Part shown: piece after piece, positions 23,713-35,913 of the stretch
How positions within the stretch are numbered: the stretch's first letter is position 1
Layout: the number at the start of each line of letters is the position of its first letter
From: Octopus bimaculoides
Taxonomy: Eukaryota
NCBI RefSeq assembly: GCF_001194135.2
Contig: NC_068981.1
Span: forward strand, 158,196,499-158,260,498
Direction: 5' to 3'
DNA length: 64,000 nucleotides
The notes under the pieces: generated by a model
Seen by the model: only the letters and a program-made list of their open reading frames with translations
The model's database searches: none
Told to the model about the DNA's origin: nothing
Made by a program: the position numbers and the translations under genes

Positions 23713-23990
23713 GTATGTGAAAGGGCGGGTGTTTCAGCTTAGTGCTTCTCTGGGACCCTGCCCCTTTGAATGTATTATGTGTGTGTATACAGTGCAAGTT
23801 TCAGTAATGTTTATTCTTTTCGTTAATCAGTTATTCATCAAACAATAAAATATTACGATTTCAAGAATTGATACTTTCATAGGGTATGCTTCTGTACAGA
23901 ACCTGTTACTGAAAAATAAACAAACTTTTATATAAATTAACATATATTACGACTTTAACATGACTTAATCTTTGTTTCCAACAATGTATT

Positions 23991-24367
23991 GTTGTTGGCA
24001 CTCCGTCGCTTACGACGTCGAGGGTTCCAGTTGATCCGATCATGGGAACAGCCTGCTCGTGAAATTAACGTGCAAATGGCTGAGCACTCCACAGACACGT
24101 GTACCCTTAACGTAGTTTTCGGGGATATTCAGAGTGACACAGTGTGACAAGGCTGAATTACAGGTACAACAGAAACAGGAAGTAAGAGCGAAAGAAAGTT
24201 GTGGTGGAAGAGTTCAGCAGGGTTCGCCACCATCCCCTGTCAGAGCCTTGTGGAGCTTTAGGTTGTTTTCGCTCAATAAACACTCACAACGCCCGGTCTG
24301 GGAATCGAAACCGCGCTCCTATGATCGCGAGTCCGCTGCCCTAACCACAGGGCCATTGCGCCTCCAC
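23991..24367 (-). mobile_element. Full-length tRNA-SINE with (AAC)n tail, 13-bp TSD
   Basis: Reverse complement gtggaggcgcaatggcctgtggttagggcagcggactcgcgatc...gacgtcgtaagcgacggagtgccaacaac. TSD ccaacaatgtatt at 23978-23990 and 24368-24380. Confidence 0.9.
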
Positions 24368-24840
24368 CCAACAATGTATTATGAATAGATCAAATCACGA
24401 AACTGTAAGAACTCAATTATCGTAAAGAAAATTTACCAGTTCTGTGCGCAGTGAGCACACGCAGAATGTAAATCCCTTATTCCTCATACGTAGAGCGTCT
24501 GACCACATCTATGATAAAACAATGACCAACCATTTTTTTTCTTGAAATTGGATCATATTATTCAAGGGCAGGTGTGATTTGAGAGAGATCTGCTTACTCT
24601 TTCCACTATATCGAATTTACGTGTGTATAATCTCTCGAGTGTGTCCGCTCTTGTGTGAATAAAATAGTGCTTATATTATATTGCTTTGTAATAAATAATA
24701 GAAATGCATAAGCTGTATGCATTTCCAAACTTAGAAGAAAATGAAATCAGATATGACAAGTAAGATGATAAGGTTTATATTTTTAGATAAAATTTCTGTA
24801 AAGTACATTCTGGCAATCAATTTCTGACACTTCTGCATAG

Positions 24841-24861
24841 TTATCTGCCTGAAATGCAAAG
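24841..24861 (+). CDS. Candidate 21-nt microexon
   Basis: ttctgacacttctgcatag|TTATCTGCCTGAAATGCAAAG|gtaagt (perfect donor consensus). Confidence 0.35.
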
Positions 24862-25363
24862 GTAAGTACAGCTTGTCAGTACATCATTGATTACATGCTA
24901 AACTCATGTCTCGTTCTGTTATAACGAAAATATGTGCGCGCCCGTGCGCTCACACTTTTCCACACATTCACACTAAGCGGCATCACGTAAGTTGTTTTCC
25001 TTGCGAATTGAGCTTAGAATAAAACTCTAATACAATCTGCAGCTGCAGATGTTTTCAATGTTAAAAAAAATTTGAAAGGGGTCATAGATGACATTTTCAC
25101 AATCTTTCATGTTTACATGTGGTGCTTTTGAAGATTCGCTGAATCGCCTTTCAATTATTACGGTATTTAGTTACAACCCTTTCCGTTCTCAATGCTAATA
25201 TCACAGATATTCACTTTGCCTTTCCTAATTCCGGAGTTAACATAAAATACCAGGCATGTAATTAATTTTTTTCCCCTATAATACAAGAGCGGAATTTTGT
25301 CTACATTCGAATTTCAAATTCTCTTTTGATGAAGTCTCTAAACACACACCCATTCATATATTA

Positions 25364-25408
<45 letters not shown>

Positions 25409-25412
<4 letters not shown>

Positions 25413-25714
25413 AGGAGTGGCTGTGTGGTAAGTAGCTTGCTTACCAACCACATGGTTCCGGGTTCAATCCCACTGCGTGGCACCTTGTGAGTGGATTTGG
25501 TAGACGGAAACTGAAAGAAGCCTGCCCTATATAATATATATGTGTGTCTGTGTTTGTGCCCCACCATCGCTTGACAACTGATGTTGGTGTGTTTACGTCC
25601 CCATAACTTAGCGGATCGGCAAAAGAGACTGATAGAATAAGTACTAGGCTTACAAAAGATAAGTCCTAGGGTCGATTTGTTCCAGTATGGCCGCAGTCAA
25701 ATGACTGAAGCAAA
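25409..25714 (+). mobile_element. CORE-type SINE with internal deletion
   Basis: gcgcaggagtggctgtgtggtaagtag...ggcacc is joined to ttgtgagtggatttgg (core deleted); family tail present. Confidence 0.85.
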
Positions 25715-25785
25715 TCTACTACATATGTGGAAAATCGTTTGTGGCGTTGTTAGCTAACTCCTCTTACATCGTTTTATTTTGATGA

Positions 25786-26222
25786 AACTTGACACATGAG
25801 TAGAACTCGTGTCTGGAAACGTCGTGACATACTTAGATTGTTGAAAAAAAAATGATAGTACGGCCCCTGGAAGGGACCTTTATATCTACCTCATATAACT
25901 AATTAAAAAAAAAACATGCAAGGGAAATAACCCATAGATCTTGTACAATATTTTTTAAACACTCAAGGGAAATAACCCATTTCATTGTTTATGTTCGAAT
26001 AATTTGAATATTGATTTTTTTGTGTGTCCTATTTCAAATTTTTGCAGACAATATCACTTTTATACTTTATTTGACACGTGAGTAGAACTCATGTCTGGAA
26101 ACAACCTCGTGACATACTTAAATTTTTTAAAAAATCGATAATAGGGCCCTTCCAATGGATCCTTCCATCTACTACATATTACCTATTTTATTTAAACAGC
26201 CCAAGGGAAATAATCCATACCA
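25786..26222. repeat. Diverged direct duplication (about 285-bp spacing) with a recurring caagggaaataa(c/t)ccat motif
   Basis: ttgacac(a/g)tgagtagaactc(g/a)tgtctggaaac occurs at about 25788 and 26071. The aagggaaataa motif occurs three times. Confidence 0.7.
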
Positions 26223-26789
26223 CCTGCAGATTTTAGTAAAGCAATCAATATTTGATTTTCATAATCAGCCGACCTAATTCTGCATTTCACTACTCACCGT
26301 TTTAAACTGCTAAACATTAATATTGCACTTCCTTAATTTGAATCTTAAACATTAAAGACTTCATTCATTTCTATACATACATACTTTTTTGAATGCCTAT
26401 TACTCCGATAATTCTGTATTTTTACAGTTAAACTTTTTCCATGACAGTAGATAATTTTTTTATTCCACAACATATTTGTAGTGGCTTCATGCAGACATAG
26501 CATAGATTCAATCCTTGGTTGCCAAATTTCACTTAACACTTCAACAGCACTTATCTCACGGTAAAACAATAGTTTTTCTGTGAATGATATCAACTATACA
26601 TTTCCCAGCTGCCTTCACTAAGCAGAATAATGTCTTTGCCTCTCACCAACCTCCGACAACTTCTCTCACCAACCTCCATAAACCTCTCTCGCCGATCTCC
26701 AATAATCTCTCCCTCCTCCAACTGACAGTTGTTTGATCTTTTCCGTGACAGAAAATACACATTTTGTGGCAGTTATAACAAAATTGCTT

Positions 26790-27521
26790 TGTTTCAGATG
26801 CACATTACCAAGATGGTAACAAACTGCAGACAACTGTTGGGGTGGATACTAATGTCCTTCGAGAAAAGAGACTAAGAAATCATGTTCACCTTGTGGAAAA
26901 CCTTTGTTCTCAGCTGCCTGGACTACTGCTCTCAGTTGTGGTCATCACATAGTGCTAGATTAATATCAGAGCTTGAAGCGGTCCAATATTACTACACGAA
27001 AAAGATTGTAACAGTGCAGCAGATGAACTACAGGGAGAGGTTGAAAAAATATGACTTTACTCCCTGGAGTAAAAACACAACAGATATGTAATAATCTATG
27101 TATGCAAAATTCTGAAAGAGTTAGTTCCTAATTTCAGCATGAAGTGTTATACAAATAACTGAACTGGATGCCATTGCATTGTTTCAAAGGTACCATCCAC
27201 CTCATCTAAAGTCAGGACCAGGTATTGCAACAGCTTAGGGTTCAGAAGCCCACAATTCTTCAATAGTGTACTGGACATTCTCCTATCTACAGTTCCAATG
27301 AATGAACAGCCCAGCATGAGATACACATATAAAGGCAGCAATGTCAAACTCCCTCATACACCAAATGGGCCAACAACCAAGCAGAAAAGCACATGCAAGG
27401 AGTGGTGACATGAAATCCCACCACCCTGAAGAAATCAGCTGAAGATCAATGTCTAAAAGTACAAAATCATAGTGGTACTCCAGCATGACCACAGCCATGT
27501 AGCTGAAACAAATAAAAGAAT
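26790..27521 (+). mobile_element. 5'-truncated CR1-clade LINE (RT C-terminus + 3' UTR)
   Basis: LGWIL..F..RD*EIMFTLWKTFVLSCLDYCSQLWS..ISELEAVQ..YTKKI..MNYRERLK. 3' end ccagcatgaccacagcc..ctgaaacaaataaaagaat. Confidence 0.85.
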
Positions 27522-27589
27522 TATATATGTATGAGTGTTATATGTGCAAGTTATATATAAATATATGTATATATATATGATAGATCGCT

Positions 27590-27762
27590 GACCAAACACC
27601 ATTCAATTGTTTTTATCCTTGTTTTCTCCATATTCTTTCTGTTGAAGAGCGTAGCTCGAAATGTTAAAGACTTTCTGTATTCCCGAGCGTCAAACTAATA
27701 CATCCTTTTGTTGTTTACACCACTTGTCCTCGTCTGTTGTTGTTTTTTTTCGTACATTCTCC
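27590..27762 (+). mobile_element. PLE pseudo-LTR-like fragment with a degenerate minimal hammerhead (27634-27670)
   Basis: UCUUU CUGUUGA A GAGC gua GCUC GAA AUGU U AAAGA. Stems I and II are intact; the core has A6>U and a CpG-decayed stem III. Confidence 0.5.
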
Positions 27763-28129
27763 CATATATATATATATATATATAAATATATAAAACAGAG
27801 TTTGTGTGTGTGTGTATGTTCCTCCTGTTGCAAATTTTAATGTATGAGGTATCAAAAGATTTAGTAATCTTTTGGCTACCAACTAAAGAATGTTTTTTGC
27901 ACAACTCTTTTACTATAATAATAACCTTGAAAACGAGATTTGGTCACACAATTTTGGGGGTGGTATTTACTTAAGGGAGACAACTCTGCCTGAACACTCC
28001 ATGTGTTAGATAGAGCATCTGTTTTGGCTTTGGCATGGTTTCTATGGTTGGATATCTTTCTTAATGCCAACCTCTTTACAGTGTGTACTGGGGGCTTTTT
28101 GACGACACTGACACTACTGAAGGTATTGA

Positions 28130-28800
28130 TTAACTTGCACGATAAAGGAAAGAAGTAGAAAAGGCGCTCTTGACCAAATGGGAGTGTATTTGAAAGAGGG
28201 GAAGGTGTTGAAAACTAAAGTATGATAGAGGGACAAGCACAGATTTCTTACTATAGCAGAGATACTTAGCTACACTGGTATATATGAGGGTGTGTAAGAG
28301 TAACTGAAAGGAAGGTAAAGCTGATGGTGACACATTGTATTCCCATGGTACAAGGTGAGAGTATGGGAAAATACAGACAGTGGATCAAGAGGAGGGAAAG
28401 TGAGGATCATCTCAGATTATAGATGAGACTAGAGGTGGATGTGAGTGATGAGCAAAGGTGGAGGTGTGGTTAGTGGTAAATATCAATATGGATGGGGGAA
28501 GGTGAGAGAAATATAACTAGCTCAGGAAAAAGGAGCTGACAAAAGGTGGCACAGGAGGACAGAATGCAACAGTGTCATATATCTGTAGTCAAATTGGAAA
28601 GTAGGGAGATAAAGTGCAGAATGTTAAAGTGAAGGAGAAAAATGAGCAGTGGTAGAGATGGAGATTAGAGGTACATAAGGGTGGCTATTGTGAGTGGGTA
28701 GGATGACAAAGATGGGGAGAGCATCAGTAGTGGATATGAGAGGGTTTTGATATCTAAAATGTAGCTCAGAAGGGAGGGGCAGATAACTCAAGGCGCAGAA
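28130..28800 (-). mobile_element. Very old retroelement remnant, probably PLE reverse transcriptase
   Basis: Purine-rich plus strand. Minus-strand pieces ILIFTTNHTSTF and TMGIQCVTISFTFL weakly resemble LFT.DV.SLYT and AMGT..APSYA.LF. Confidence 0.35.
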
Positions 28801-29654
28801 AACAGGCGAATGGTGGGAAATAATGTAAAAACAGATGATGAGAATGAGGAATGGGATTTAAAAGTGGTAGCACAAAAGTGGGATGACGTATGTGCCAATT
28901 CTGCCCTCAAATGCTTACAACAGCTGTGTAGTGTCATAGAAGATCAATGGCGGAATCTATGTGTGTGTGTTGGTGTAGGTATCTATATACACACCTACAT
29001 ATATGCACATATATATATTAATATATGAATGTGTATATTTATATTGTGGCTATAAGGGTCTTTGACTCTAGTTTCTAGCAGTGTAGGCTACCCTGCATCC
29101 TCAGTCACTATTAGTGACAATTGAATTTTCCTTTTTGGTTTTATACTGTGTCTAGCCACCTTTGTTATTATATATATATATATAAGTTAAAATTAAAGTT
29201 AAAGTTTAACTGTAAAATTTGAAATTTACATGTTGGGTAGGTCCCTAGTAATATGCCGATATAGCACATTCACAGCCTATGGCTACTTGGTGTCATCTAT
29301 GGTAGTTGTATAATCATCTACATTAGGAATTCCTCAGTATGCATTGAATATAACAGAAACAATAGATACAGAAGATGGAGTATATTGGAAACTTTATCAC
29401 AATGATCATTTCAACACAGCCTGCATCGCTCCCTTGTGAGTGAGAAACTATGCAGTGAATTATGGTGCATCCTACGATGCAGAAGCATCTCTACATGCAA
29501 GTTTCCCATTACATAAGTAATGAATGTTTCACTCTTAATCTTAACATGTTGATAGCAGTTGTATCTAAAATACATTTAGATACGATGCAGGATGTGGTGA
29601 ATGTTGTGATAAATAAAGTTTCCAATATACTCTATATTCTATATCCATTGCTTC

Positions 29655-29698
<44 letters not shown>

Positions 29699-29701
<3 letters not shown>

Positions 29702-30062
29702 GGAGTGACTGTGTGGTAAGTAGCTTGCTTACCAACCACATGGTTCCGGGTTCATTCCCACTGAGTGGCATCTTGGGCAAGTGTCTTCTACTATAGCATC
29801 GGGCCGTCCGAAGCCTTGTGAGTGGATTTGGTAGACGGAAACTGAAAGAAGCTTGTATATATGTATATATGTGTGTGTATTTGTATGTGTGTCTGTGTTT
29901 GTCCCCCCAACATCGCTTGACAACCGATGGTGGTGTGTTTACATCCCCGTAACCTAGCAGTTCAGCAAAAGAAACTGATAGAATAAGTACTAGGCTTACA
30001 AAGAATAAGTCCTGGGGTCGATTTGCTCGATTAAAGGCGGAGCTCCAGCATGGCCACAGTCA
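29699..30062 (+). mobile_element. Near full-length CORE-type SINE
   Basis: Head, ggcatcttgggcaagtgtcttctactatagc core, and tail. Confidence 0.85.
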
Positions 30063-30257
30063 GCTTGCATGAAAGGAAAAGAAAACACAATATCCTGTAC
30101 AAAAATAAAATTGTTTTAAAAAATCAAAAAATATCAACCAGATTGTGGCTGAGAGATAAGTTGACTCAAAGTAGCCACCTTCAGCTTCCACCACAGCTTC
30201 AAGACAGCTCCAGAAGCTGATGCATGTATTCCTCGATATGTATGTATGTATGTATGT

Positions 30258-30289
<32 letters not shown>

Positions 30290-30349
30290 GTATGTAAGAC
30301 TGATTAATTAGGAAGAGAATTAAGTTAGATGATTTGGTTTCGTATTGTA

Positions 30350-30662
30350 CTAGAGAGAAGTACAGCTGATGCCCTCTTTTCTAGTAAGACAAATGCAGCA
30401 GAAGTTTAAAGTGATTCTACTTGGCATTCATTGACTTGGATGAAGCCTTTGACAGGGCCTCTCACTCTGTGATCTGATGGTCTTTGAGGAAGCTAGAGGT
30501 AGACAAATGGCTTGTGAGAGCCATGCAAGTTATGTGTAGGAATGCTGTCAGTAAGGTGAGTGTTGGCAACAAGAACTGCATTGAATTTAGTGACCAGGTA
30601 GGAGTTTGCCAATCCTTGGCTCTCAGTCTTCTGTTCGTTATAGTCTTCCAAGCCACAACATT
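30350..30662 (+). mobile_element. RTE-clade RT fragment
   Basis: STADALFLVRQMQQKF..AFID..AFDR..WSLRKLEVDKWLVRAM..VSKVSVG..F..QVGV.Q..ALS.LLFVIV. Confidence 0.8.
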
Positions 30663-30749
30663 TTGGATTACACTGGAGAAAGGTAGCTTTATGCTTGGTG
30701 ATGAGAGGTTAAAATATGAAAGAAGAAGCAGAACAGGTTTCTTGCTGTA

Positions 30750-31260
30750 GAGAAGATTACATAGCTACTGCATTATAGAGTAGGTGAGTGTAATTGTGGT
30801 GGTACTGGAGGGATAAAGATGGTGGTGATGAGTTATCAGAGTGTCTCTGAGGATACCAGAAGGTGAATAGAGGTGAATGGAAGCAGAAGAGTCAGAATGG
30901 TGTATGGTTTGAGATAAGGTAGGGGAATGAATATAATGAATGCTGAATAAGGATTAAGGATAATTAATGATAAATATAAGTGGGTAAAGGAAAGTAGGTG
31001 AAGACTAGAGATTAGGAAGAGTTGAGGAGTAAATACAGAGAATGGTGGACAAGGGTGAAAGAGTGATATATGAGTTGAAGGGAACTAGTGGAGTGTAGGT
31101 GGTGACTGGCGGTACAGAAAGGGTTGAAGAACAGCAGAAAAGTAATCATAATACAGTAGAGAGGAGAGAAATGGTGATGAGATGTGAATAGGTAAGAGAG
31201 GGAGAGAGATGAATGTGGTATGAGTAATATAAGATGTAAGTGAAAAAGAATGTTGTTAAG
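30750..31260 (-). mobile_element. Old purine-rich retroelement remnant (possibly PLE)
   Basis: Same composition as 28130-28800. Minus-strand ILRDTLIT resembles the PLE motif LRD.LVHS. Confidence 0.3.
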
Positions 31261-31707
31261 AATGAAGGATAAATGCCAAGTGAGGTGGTCCTGTGATATC
31301 AGATTACTTATATCACAGAAAAAGTTAATGAAATATGTAGTTCTGCTGTCATTTAATTATAACAGCAGAATACTGCAGTTAAAATGTAATATAGAGATGA
31401 TGAAGCTATAGGGAAGGCTTGATAACAAAATTGGGTTAGAGTCCCAGATGTATATATGCCCAATTACACTTTCAGAACCAAAATAGGCAGGTCTTCTGAA
31501 GCAATGCATATTGCCATTTGTCCTGGTTCTATGTCATCCCATCCATGAAGTTCAGTGTCCTGAGATCAGTTGTATATATGTATGTGTATATATAGATATG
31601 TATGTGTNNNNNNNNNNNNNNNNNNNNNNNNNNNNNNNNNNNNNNNNNNNNNNNNNNNNNNNNNNNNNNNNNNNNNNNNNNNNNNNNNNNNNNNNNNNNN
31701 NNNNNNN

Positions 31708-31746
<39 letters not shown>

Positions 31747-32007
31747 ACACACATACAAACTATGTATACGTACATGCATACATACATGTATATATATCTT
31801 GTGTTAGTCATTAGACTGCAGCCATACTGGGATACCTACCACCTTGAAGAATTTGGTTGAATGAATTGACCCCAGTACTTATGTTTTTTAAATCTGGTAC
31901 TTATTCTGTCTCTTTTGCCAAAATGAGACATAAACATTCCGACACTAGTTGTCAAGTGGTGATGGGGACAAACACAGACAGAAGGACACACAAGCATGAA
32001 CCCCATG

Positions 32008-32052
<45 letters not shown>

Positions 32053-32256
32053 CATACACACACACATATGCACATGTGATGGGCTTCTTTCAATTTCCAT
32101 CTACTTAATCCACTCACAAGGCTTTGGTTGTCCCAAGTCTATAGTAAAATACACTTACCCAAGGAGCCAGGTAGTTAGGAAGCCAGCTTATCATACAGCC
32201 ACACCTTATGTATACTTGTATGCACATATATACATATATGAATTATATATATATAT

Positions 32257-32398
32257 ATTTATAGTCAAGCATAAAATCTTTATAAGATTTTATCAAGTAG
32301 CCAGTATGTAATAAAGCAATATAAGTTTACTATATATAGGTTTTATTATGCTGGCTGCTTGATAAATTCTTATAAAGATTTTATCCTTGGCTATATAT
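32257..32398. mobile_element. Small palindromic MITE
   Basis: tatagtcaagcataaaatctttataagattttatcaagtagccag is inverted at ctggctgcttgataaattcttataaagattttatccttggctata. Confidence 0.7.
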
Positions 32399-32492
32399 AA
32401 ATATAAATTATTCTGACCAATATATTCACTCTGGTATTATTTTGGGTTGTATATACACATGGTTGTGGTGAATGAATTAGATTTAGTTTGTA

Positions 32493-32694
32493 TTGGGTTG
32501 GTGCATAATTATTGCGGCTTTTTTCAACAAATTTTATTCAACAAAAACAATAACAATATTTAATAAAATACATCTTAAAATGATGGTCTGACTGTCTGCC
32601 AAGCAAATAGGAAGTAGATGGTGAATATACTACGGAATAATCATTTAAAGATGTTTTTGTTGAAAAAAGCCACAATAATTATGCACCAACCCAA
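32493..32694. mobile_element. Mariner-type MITE
   Basis: TA|ttgggttggtgcataattattgcggcttttttcaac ... gttgaaaaaagccacaataattatgcaccaacccaa|TA. Confidence 0.9.
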
Positions 32695-33641
32695 TATATA
32701 AATGTGAGTTCAACTCACGATGAAAGGAAACAAACAAAGTTTGTTTTAGAAGCATTGAGATGTATTGAAAGATACAGAAATAAATTTTTTTTTATTCTCA
32801 AACGCTTGATAATGCTAATAAATAGCGTGATCAGGATAAATTATCCATACATTGCAGAAAAATTCGTTACCAGCCAGGCTTTTGGATATGTGCTATTTGT
32901 ATGAGTATGTATAAATGTTTATAATTATGTACAATGTGTTATACTATACTGATAACAGTAAAGAGATTTACATCTCTAAACTAGAAATTGATCTATGGTT
33001 AAACTTTTTTTTAAAAATCTTTGTTCACTTCCTTCGCTTTGAACCCATGCTAATGAAGTAAATAATATAGTTCTTAGAGGTATTTTGCATCTATTTCTAG
33101 CATGTGGCACTACTCATTAGTGCCCTTATTATGATTATATTTATATAATTATATATTTTGTATACACACACATATGCTTATACATGTGCCTATACATGTG
33201 TGCAAACGTTACATGTTCCAGGGAAAAAATTCACATGAAAGAGATAATGGCTTCTAGAGATGATATTTTTATAGGTATTAAGTCTTCTTTGTGACTCTAT
33301 GACAGTATGTATATATATATTCTTTTAAACTAAGCTGTTTTATATTTCTTTTGTTTTGTGCTCTAGAAGTTGTAGTCTACCTAACTCGTTTTTGTTTGCA
33401 TGAGTTAGTTCTGCAGCTAACCTTAACAAAAACCAGTTTGAATTAATCATTAATTCCCTATTGAATTCTTGAACCATTGTTGTATTATTATTATTATTCT
33501 TCATCGACTTGAAAGTTGTCCTTAAGAAAATTCAACCCAAATCTGCTTGACACAAATTTCAGTATTTCTTTTATTTCTTTATCCAACCGATATTATTGTT
33601 GTAAAGCATTTACAAACTTATTGAGTTAAATGAAGGATTAA

Positions 33642-33856
33642 TCTTTAGCATCAAAACTACCCATATCTAGCCCAAATATTCAGTTTCATGTTCAAACTGC
33701 TCAAATCCAACCTCTCCCACTTACCCAACAATTTCATTTTAAAAATAAACCAACATATCATTGAAATCTTGAAGCTTCAAGATGATGCATGATTAATTCA
33801 AAACAATGTGAATAAATAAGCATTACATTTAACAAAGTAATATGAATGCTAAAGGA
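33642..33856. mobile_element. piggyBac-like MITE
   Basis: TTAA|tctttagcat ... atgctaaagga|TTAA. A related, SINE-interrupted copy lies at about 47535-48020. Confidence 0.65.
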
Positions 33857-34254
33857 TTAAAGACATGACTATCTTGGAATATTGTTGTATTTTGTTTATA
33901 TACTGTGTTATTCTGTATTGTAATATCAGCATCATCATTTTAATATCCATTTGTCCATTCTTGCTTGGGTCAGATGGAATTTATTGGGCAGATTTTCTAC
34001 TGCTGGGTGCCCTTCCTGTTAACAAGCAAAGTATTATATCCCTATGACCAGACATGTTTTCAGAGAATACTGGAATTGAATTGACATTCATTTACAAGAA
34101 TTATGCAATGTCAAGACAGAGACACAACTATAAACTCATTTACACACACACACACACGTGCAAATATACAAAGTGCATTCCAAAAGTATTGAGATGTTTT
34201 CAGAAGAGACATTCATTAATGTCAAAGAAGTACAAAAACTCTAATCTCCTTTAA

Positions 34255-34420
34255 AGTAGAGTTCTCTGACTTCAGTGCATTTGTTGTAGTTCTCCTGAAC
34301 TCCCTCAAAACCTCCACAAAGTACTTTTTGATAACCATGTGGTCAGAAGGAATCCAGTGGGTATTAATGATACCCTTACTGTTAAAAAAAAAAAAAGGTA
34401 TCATCATGAGATTCCCAGTG
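34255..34420 (-). mobile_element. Mariner transposase remnant
   Basis: FFNSKGIINTHWIPSDHMVIKKYFVEVLREFR resembles FFD..GI....WVP.GQTVN..YY.EVL..LR. Confidence 0.75.
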
Positions 34421-34516
34421 GACTTGCTTTGCCCAGCCTCTTGTGCCAGCAAAAAAACAGATGCTTGGCTTATAAGCAGTTTGCAATCTATATATATATA
34501 TAAAATTGAGAATGTA

Positions 34517-34563
<47 letters not shown>

Positions 34564-35109
34564 CCCTAAAACTCCAGAACTACACAACCAAATTCATTCA
34601 AATTTTACACATGCCTTACTTAGGGTCCCTGTTGTGTTTTAGTCAAAAGAATTTTAACTTCTTGCATACTTCCAGCCCACAGCAACATCATATCTCCTCC
34701 ACTATTTAAGTATTACATGTGAAAAGTGAAACAAAAACACTCATGTCATTCGAACCGGAATCTCAAAAACTGTCACCTTACATCTCATTCTCATTTAAAT
34801 ACCATGACAGGCAAATAAAAATTACTTGTATTTCATAAGTTTTTGTAGTATTTTTGTTCAGTTTAACACAAAACTTTATTGCATAACGAGTTTCTTAATT
34901 GTCTTCACATTCTGACTGTTTTCTGCAAATTAGTTATCTATGACAAGCAGTGTTCGAAGTGCTGTTACAGTCGTCTGTTTCAATCTGTAATAACAAAAGT
35001 TGACAGGTCAGATTATTAGATGTATAGTAATGACATACTAAAATTACAATAACCTAGGACAAGTTATAACAGCCTTGCCTAAAAAAGTATCAAAAACTTC
35101 TGGAATGCA

Positions 35110-35173
<64 letters not shown>

Positions 35174-35853
35174 AGAGAGGCTTCTTTCAGTTTCTGCTCA
35201 CAAGACTGGTTGGCCTGGGCTGTTGTGGAAGGCAATGGCCCACAGTGCCATACCAGAAAGCAAGTGGTTAGGAAGTAAATTTCTTAACTTTACAGCCACT
35301 CCTGCACCTATCGTATGTAGTTGTTTTTCTCTATTCACCCTTTAGAGTCATTCAAACCATGACTCTTTTTGTTAGTCTTTTTCCTTGTCATGGTCTATAT
35401 TGTCTAATGTGTGCTTCTTTGTTTTTTATATTAGTCAGCAGTGTTTGGTTTGGGGGATATTTGGCTGCCATTTATAACAGTTCAACCAACCACATAAAGT
35501 AGTAGTTCTCAAAATGACAAATATTAGGCTGCCATCCACAAAACTATTAGTGAAATTTTTAGCCACACCTTTCTATGCTTTGTTAAGATAACAATATGCG
35601 GCAGTTTATTTGTCCCTTTTTCAATTTTCACTGCTCAACCTCACCCTCAGAATGTAGAGTTTTTCTCCGAGAAACACTGATGTAAAGGTTTCTCACCGGC
35701 TTTCACTTTTAGTGAGTTTCAAAGGGTTATTGTAGTGCAGTATTTTATGCAGTTGCCATGCTTCAAATCAAGTGGATGTTAATGTTTTTGGAGAGGAGAC
35801 TTTCTAATATTTCTTTATCTTCATATTGATCATCAGAATTGGTCTGTGTTTAG

Positions 35854-35913
<60 letters not shown>

